Shown piece by piece: positions 59,330-64,000 of a stretch of 64,000 bases of DNA. The notes below the pieces were generated by a model. That model was not told the origin of the DNA. It did not search any database and was given only the letters and a program-made list of their open reading frames with translations. Made by a program: the position numbers and the translations under genes. This DNA is from an uncultured Ruficoccus sp. (GTDB lineage: Bacteria > Verrucomicrobiota > Verrucomicrobiia > Opitutales > Cerasicoccaceae): NCBI GenBank assembly GCA_965140785.1, contig OZ223519.1:32001-96000 (forward strand), written 5' to 3'. Position 1 is the stretch's first letter. Each line of letters begins with the position of its first letter.

Positions 59330-60730
59330 ATGAAAATTACCCGTACAATCCTTCTTGGCCTAATGTGGGGTATTGCCGTACAGATGCATGCCCAAAATGA
59401 CAACAACTCGAAGACTCAGATTACTCCTGATATTGATACCTTGGTTGCCCCTTTACCAGATAACGGAGGCCGTAAGGTTATCATCCATGTGGTGCCATGG
59501 TATCCACCGTCGAAGGAACGGGCTACAGCTGGGAGTACACTAGCGGCGGGGATTGAGCCTCGTCAGGCGAGAGTTGATCAACACGTGCTGAAAATGAAAG
59601 AATATGGTATCGACGTGATCGCTCTGGATGTCCAAGTGAGGGATAGTTGGAGGCCCGGCGGCAATCCCGCAAAGGCTATTTGGCAAGATGGCATTGCTAT
59701 GGAGTGGATGGACGCAATAGAGCGGCTTGCTCCTGAGATGAGGTTCGTCCTACAGCTTGACCGAAAACCTTACCCGGATAGTGATGAGTATTGGCCTGCC
59801 ATTATCGACGCACTCTATGAGGCTTTTACGGATAACCCCGTTTATCTGCGTGAAAACGGACGCCCTGTGCTGCTCACTTTCTTCATCAACGAGCGTGTAC
59901 CATTGTCCAAATGGGAAACTCTCTTACTGGAATGCGAGAGCGATTTTTTCCTCGTAGCAAACCCGGTTGAGAATCCGCGTAAACTCAACCATTCGTTTAC
60001 ACGGCAGTATATTGATCAGCAAGAGATGGATGGTATGGCGTTTCTTTTTGATGCCATTGAGATATCTCCATTGGGGGCACATCTGTCATGGCTTCAGGCC
60101 AGCAATGAAGCTATTGGTAAGTATACTGCCGAAGAAGGGAAGCCTGTCATCCATGGGGTCAGTACTGGTTATTACCGAAAACGCGTTGCCTTTATTGAAC
60201 CACGCTACGATTACTTAGACGGAACATGGCGTATGGCAATCGATAGTGATGATCGCTATGCAATTATCTATACGTGGAACGATGTGGCAGAGGACCATGA
60301 TGTTTACCCATCGATAATGAAGGATGAGGCTATGCTAGAGCTTAATAAGATTTATATTGATTGGTTTAAAAGCGGTCATGTGCCTCGGGATGATGAAGAT
60401 AAAATTTTCATAAATTACCCGGTTAGTAACAGCGGGCGGCGTATAACTACAGGGGGTGAGGATCCGACTTATCCCAATATGAATTACTGGGCTTTTGTTA
60501 AGTCTCCCTGCACCTTAAACATCGACGGGGTTGGATCAGTTTCGCTTAAAGCGGGAATGAATCTCGGCCAAATAGGTCCAGTCAGTCCAGGTGAGCCGGG
60601 TTCTTTTCAGCTCGTACGAGATGGCCAGGCTATTATGCAGGGAACGGTTGATGAGCCTATGATTGATTTGCCTGAAGGAGAAGATCTCCGTTACCGGTGG
60701 GTAGCGCTGCATCGTGTGGAGGATGACTAG
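59330..60730 (+). CDS. Secreted GH71/GH99-like glycoside hydrolase
   Basis: Signal peptide; KVIIHVVPWY, YGIDVIALD, YLRENGRPVLLTF, YTWNDVAEDH. Confidence 0.65.
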   Translation: MKITRTILLGLMWGIAVQMHAQNDNNSKTQITPDIDTLVAPLPDNGGRKVIIHVVPWYPPSKERATAGSTLAAGIEPRQARVDQHVLKMKEYGIDVIALDVQVRDSWRPGGNPAKAIWQDGIAMEWMDAIERLAPEMRFVLQLDRKPYPDSDEYWPAIIDALYEAFTDNPVYLRENGRPVLLTFFINERVPLSKWETLLLECESDFFLVANPVENPRKLNHSFTRQYIDQQEMDGMAFLFDAIEISPLGAHLSWLQASNEAIGKYTAEEGKPVIHGVSTGYYRKRVAFIEPRYDYLDGTWRMAIDSDDRYAIIYTWNDVAEDHDVYPSIMKDEAMLELNKIYIDWFKSGHVPRDDEDKIFINYPVSNSGRRITTGGEDPTYPNMNYWAFVKSPCTLNIDGVGSVSLKAGMNLGQIGPVSPGEPGSFQLVRDGQAIMQGTVDEPMIDLPEGEDLRYRWVALHRVEDD

Positions 60731-60935
60731 ACGGGTTCATTACGACATTTGATCCATTGTTCTTCTAAGTATCTAAAGCGGTTATGTCCAAAGGCAGGGT
60801 TTTGGTGTGGGGTTCCAAGCGCGACCGTCTTCGGAAGAATTCACGCAGTTTGACGACCCTTTCCGAACTCTCTTCAGACGTTTTTCCGTTTCAGGGCTAC
60901 AACAGCGTGTCGTTTTGACTCAATTTCGAGTTTTG

Positions 60936-62073
60936 TCAGGCAGCTATAGGCTCCTCCTTTCCGTTTTCGGGTTGGGCCTCTCGATAATAGTAGTTCAGCA
61001 AGCCTCCCAGCCGTTCACTTTTACGAATAGCTGAGTATTTATCGGGTTTGGTGGGCGAGTAGGGGAAAGGGATCAGATTGTCCAAGCCCTGGTGATTGCG
61101 TTCGTGGTGATAGTGCTCGACGTAGTTTTCGACGGCCTTTCGCAGTGATTTTTCACCGAGAAAAATGAAGTGGTCGAGACATTCGGTTTGCATGGATTTG
61201 ACGAAACGCTCGGCGTAACCATTTTGCTGAGGCGTGCCGATGCGGGTCTGGATGACCTCCGTGCCTGAGTCTTTGAGTGTCTTGCGGAATGCCTGGGTGT
61301 AGAGCGGGTCATGATCGCAGATAAAATATTTCATGCCATTGAGAAAGCCGTCCTCGGCGTCGGTGAGATTGCGGGCGACCTGTTCCATCACGCGACCATC
61401 GGTTTGGCAGCCAATGTGGGCGATGTGAACCTGGCGTTTGGCCAGCGACATGGCGAAAAACACGTGAAAGCGAACCAGTCTGCGCAGGGTCCAGACCTCG
61501 ACATTGAGAAAATCGGCAACGGCTATCACATCCATGTGGGAGCGCACGAAGGTTTTCCAGTTGGATTGCTTTGCGCGTTCAGGAGCGGGGAGGATGCCTG
61601 CGGAGCGAAGGATGTTGCCCACCGTTGTATCGCTGACGATATGTCCAAGGTTTTCCAATGTTCCTTGGATTCTGCCGTAACCCCAGTCGGGGTTCTCTTC
61701 GGCAAGCTTGACACAGGGTTCTCGAATGATCGCCATTTCCTTTTGACGCTCAGTTTGAGCATGCCGCTTCGCCGTGTATTTGGCGGCAATGAACCTGCGG
61801 TGCCAAGCCCATCAGCGTGCTTGGAGTTACGAGGTTTGCATACTCCTGAAGCGTCGCCCAGCCCAGCTTCTTACCTTTCTTCGCCAAGCTTCGTCGTTGA
61901 GCGTTAGTCAGGTCCAGCTTCTTGCCAGTGGCGTCGAACTGCTGCTTGAGGATGCGGTTCTCCTCAAGCAGATAATCAATGACTTGCTGCTGTTTTCGGT
62001 TCATCCAGCCTGCGATGGCCGAGAGCAAAATGATGGTCTGCGTCTTCAAAGAAAGATTTTTACAAACCTGCAA
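60936..62073 (-). mobile_element. Integrase-core (rve/DDE, IS481-like) transposase, frameshifted
   Basis: IDYLLEENRILK, VTPSTLM/WHRR, ENPDWGYGRIQG, ADFL, ICDHD, NGYAERFV, HHERNHQGLDN, RLGGLLNYY; one extra G in ATGGGCT (CCC at 61808-61810 on +). Terminal IRs not identified. Confidence 0.82.
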
Positions 62074-62212
62074 GTTGCTGTCAATCAGGATGTTTTTTCT
62101 GCTAATTCAAAAAGTGAAGGGTACAGGAATTAGACAGCGAGAGATTAAAAGTAAATGTTACAAGTAATAAGTAATTTTTAACCTGTCTAGCAACTATCAG
62201 TTGTTGCCGTGA

Positions 62213-63493
62213 CTACTCCAGATCAGATAGCAGTTCCTGCCGCGTGGGAAGTGTATCGAGATCGGAACGCTTCAGGCGAATGTGTAGAATTTGGCGCATT
62301 TGATGGTCAACAAATAACTCCAATTGATCGCCGTTCACCAGAAGGTCCGCATAGGAAAACATGGGTGTGGTTCCGCCCCAGCCATTCATCACCGCAGGCT
62401 CGCAGGCATTAATCGCTACAAGGCGTGGTTCGCTCCAAGAGAGGGAACCGTCCATTGAGAGAGCACACCACAGCTCCATCCGAGACTCATGGGCGAAGGG
62501 GTGTGTGATCGGCCCTTGCGGACGACTCTTATTATGAAAGAAGGCCACCAGCGTCTTATTGTCAGCTAAAGTAAAAATCATCGGTGGGGAATCTAGGTGC
62601 GAAAGCGGCGTTGGTTCGAACTCGCTCCAGTTCAGCCCCTCGTCGTCACTACGCGCCTGCCACAGTCGCCCCTCAGGTGTGCGGGCTATGAGCAGTACCT
62701 GTCCGCCCGGCAATAGGATCGGGCGGGCCTCGTCCATGCGATAGGTACCGGGACATTGCCAGCCATGGGGCCGGGCCTTTGGAAGCACCCGCCAGGAACG
62801 TCCTCGGTCCATGCTGCGCAGCAAATACTGAAGTGTAACCACATGATCGCCAGCTTCTGAGTGTGTCCAGCACGCGCAATGCGAGCCGACCAACCATGCT
62901 CCCCCCAGTGTCTCGCACATGCGCATGGCGGACATGCCGCCAAACCCAGGATCGTTCTCTGGGCGGATTAGAACCACGTCACCCCAGGTTCGGCCATCAT
63001 CATTTGAAAGCCGATAGCCAATCGGGGCATTTTCGCCGCCATTATAAAACGGGGGAATCGGCTCGGTCCCGAAAGCATAAATAGTAGAACTGTCAGACGG
63101 GACAAAAAGGATTGCCGCATGCATACTGTAGGGAACATCCCAGGCGATTTGTGCCGACGTCCATGTTTCGCCACGATCCGAAGATCGGTATTGATACATA
63201 CGATTGCCGACATTTTCACTCCCAGCCCAAGCATAATGCATCGGACCTGCCGCGTGCATCAGCAAAAAATCGCCATCCGGCGTAATAATACTTCGGGGGT
63301 GGCACACAAAATCGTCCAAGCAGATCCGACGAACAGTGAGTCCAGCTACCAAGGCAATACCGAGTTCAGTTTCCAAGTGCAAACAATCTGGTAAAGCTCG
63401 TATGTTAAATGTTCTTCCGGCAAGTGTGAGCGAATCCAGGCAGTTTATCTTCCTGGCGGAAGCTCGTGAATATTTTAAAGGAGAGTCAGACAT
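62213..63493 (-). CDS. BNR/Asp-box sialidase-like protein, no signal peptide
   Basis: Five Asp-boxes: SSDRGETW, SNDDGRTW, SMDRGRSW, SDDEGLNW, SMDGSLSW; start placed at MSDSPL. Confidence 0.8.
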   Translation of the reverse strand: MSDSPLKYSRASARKINCLDSLTLAGRTFNIRALPDCLHLETELGIALVAGLTVRRICLDDFVCHPRSIITPDGDFLLMHAAGPMHYAWAGSENVGNRMYQYRSSDRGETWTSAQIAWDVPYSMHAAILFVPSDSSTIYAFGTEPIPPFYNGGENAPIGYRLSNDDGRTWGDVVLIRPENDPGFGGMSAMRMCETLGGAWLVGSHCACWTHSEAGDHVVTLQYLLRSMDRGRSWRVLPKARPHGWQCPGTYRMDEARPILLPGGQVLLIARTPEGRLWQARSDDEGLNWSEFEPTPLSHLDSPPMIFTLADNKTLVAFFHNKSRPQGPITHPFAHESRMELWCALSMDGSLSWSEPRLVAINACEPAVMNGWGGTTPMFSYADLLVNGDQLELFVDHQMRQILHIRLKRSDLDTLPTRQELLSDLE

Positions 63494-63803
63494 GACGAAA
63501 AATTGGAGACCGGAAGCGGTTAAGAATGAAAGTAGGTCTGTTCGCCATACACCAAATGCTGAGACCGATTTCGATGGAACAGTGAAGGGTGTTTGCGAGC
63601 AATTTGCAACAGTTGCAGCCGACTTGGGCACGCAGACGAGCATTTCCGCGATGGGTCATTTGTCGCGCGATCTCCCACCGGGTTGGGGTACTCCAGCATG
63701 GCCAATCGGGTCGGCGAGATTAATGAAGGAGCTAGACATGGGAGACTATTATCTTAATCTTCATGCGTCCTTACATGCTTATACGTTCAAGGAATTTCCG
63801 GCT

Positions 63804-64000
63804 TTAGGTCTCAACAACGGCCCCGGTGTCAACGATTGCTCCGCCATCCCGCAACTGCGCCCGCAACTGATTAATATTAACAGAGCCGAAAGAGCCTCCA
63901 CTTCCTACGCTCATCACGGCCGCTATTCCAGCAGCTTCCCCCATCGCGTAACAGGGTGCCATTACGCGCAAGGGTCCAAGCACGTCCCGCTCCACGCTAA
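63804..64000 (-). CDS. FAD-dependent oxidoreductase, C-terminal end (gene starts beyond the window)
   Basis: LRVMAPCYAMGEAAGIAA...VNINQLRAQL..GGA, typical of the FAD_oxidored family C-terminus. Confidence 0.78.
   Translation of the reverse strand, partial: SVERDVLGPLRVMAPCYAMGEAAGIAAVMSVGSGGSFGSVNINQLRAQLRDGGAIVDTGAVVET

Noticed and set aside
63520..63739. Short ORFs between the FAD oxidoreductase and the sialidase-like gene
   Set aside because: No motif or clear RBS; a coding call cannot be supported.

Overview
A bacterial window given over almost entirely to glycan catabolism. PEP-CTERM proteins, H-X9-DG prepilin-like proteins and the type of LacI regulators point to Verrucomicrobiota, most likely Opitutales (inference). 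(1) 1-19.3 kb is a high-GC starch/alpha-glucan locus: LacI, a six-hairpin glycosidase, GH66, a PEP-CTERM protein, type I pullulanase, GH31 with five CBM25-like modules, a lone MalK-type ATPase and a GH13 alpha-amylase with four N-terminal repeats. Its promoters share a 13-bp box (KTNAACTGTNWAA). (2) From about 19.3 kb the DNA is visibly less GC-rich and IS-scarred. It holds a decapitated LacI, intact and decayed IS3/IS1595 elements, and a 24-46 kb locus for a probably sulfated/acylated glycan (two sulfatases, SGNH esterase, WbsX/GH99-like protein, two divergent GH78-like enzymes, GH110-like protein, TRAP transporter, PEP-CTERM, prepilin-like protein, AraC). (3) 46.9-49.4 kb has an XylR-type regulator and a doubly frameshifted GH130. 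(4) 50-64 kb is a second LacI regulon marked by a near-invariant box (TTGATAGKGAAAG). It links a DapA/NanA-type aldolase, a PfkB kinase, an atypical transaldolase/FSA-family aldolase, an Fe-ADH, an EamA transporter and a sialidase-like protein; a PEP-CTERM + prepilin + GH71/99 cassette and a second sialidase-like gene follow. Best leads: a candidate new catabolic pathway for a ulosonic-type sugar; an activator-like operator-11 nt-(-35) geometry shared by two unrelated LacI regulons; and SusC/D-free glycan loci built around PEP-CTERM and H-X9-DG pilin-like proteins. All functional calls come from motif recognition by eye; no database searches were run.
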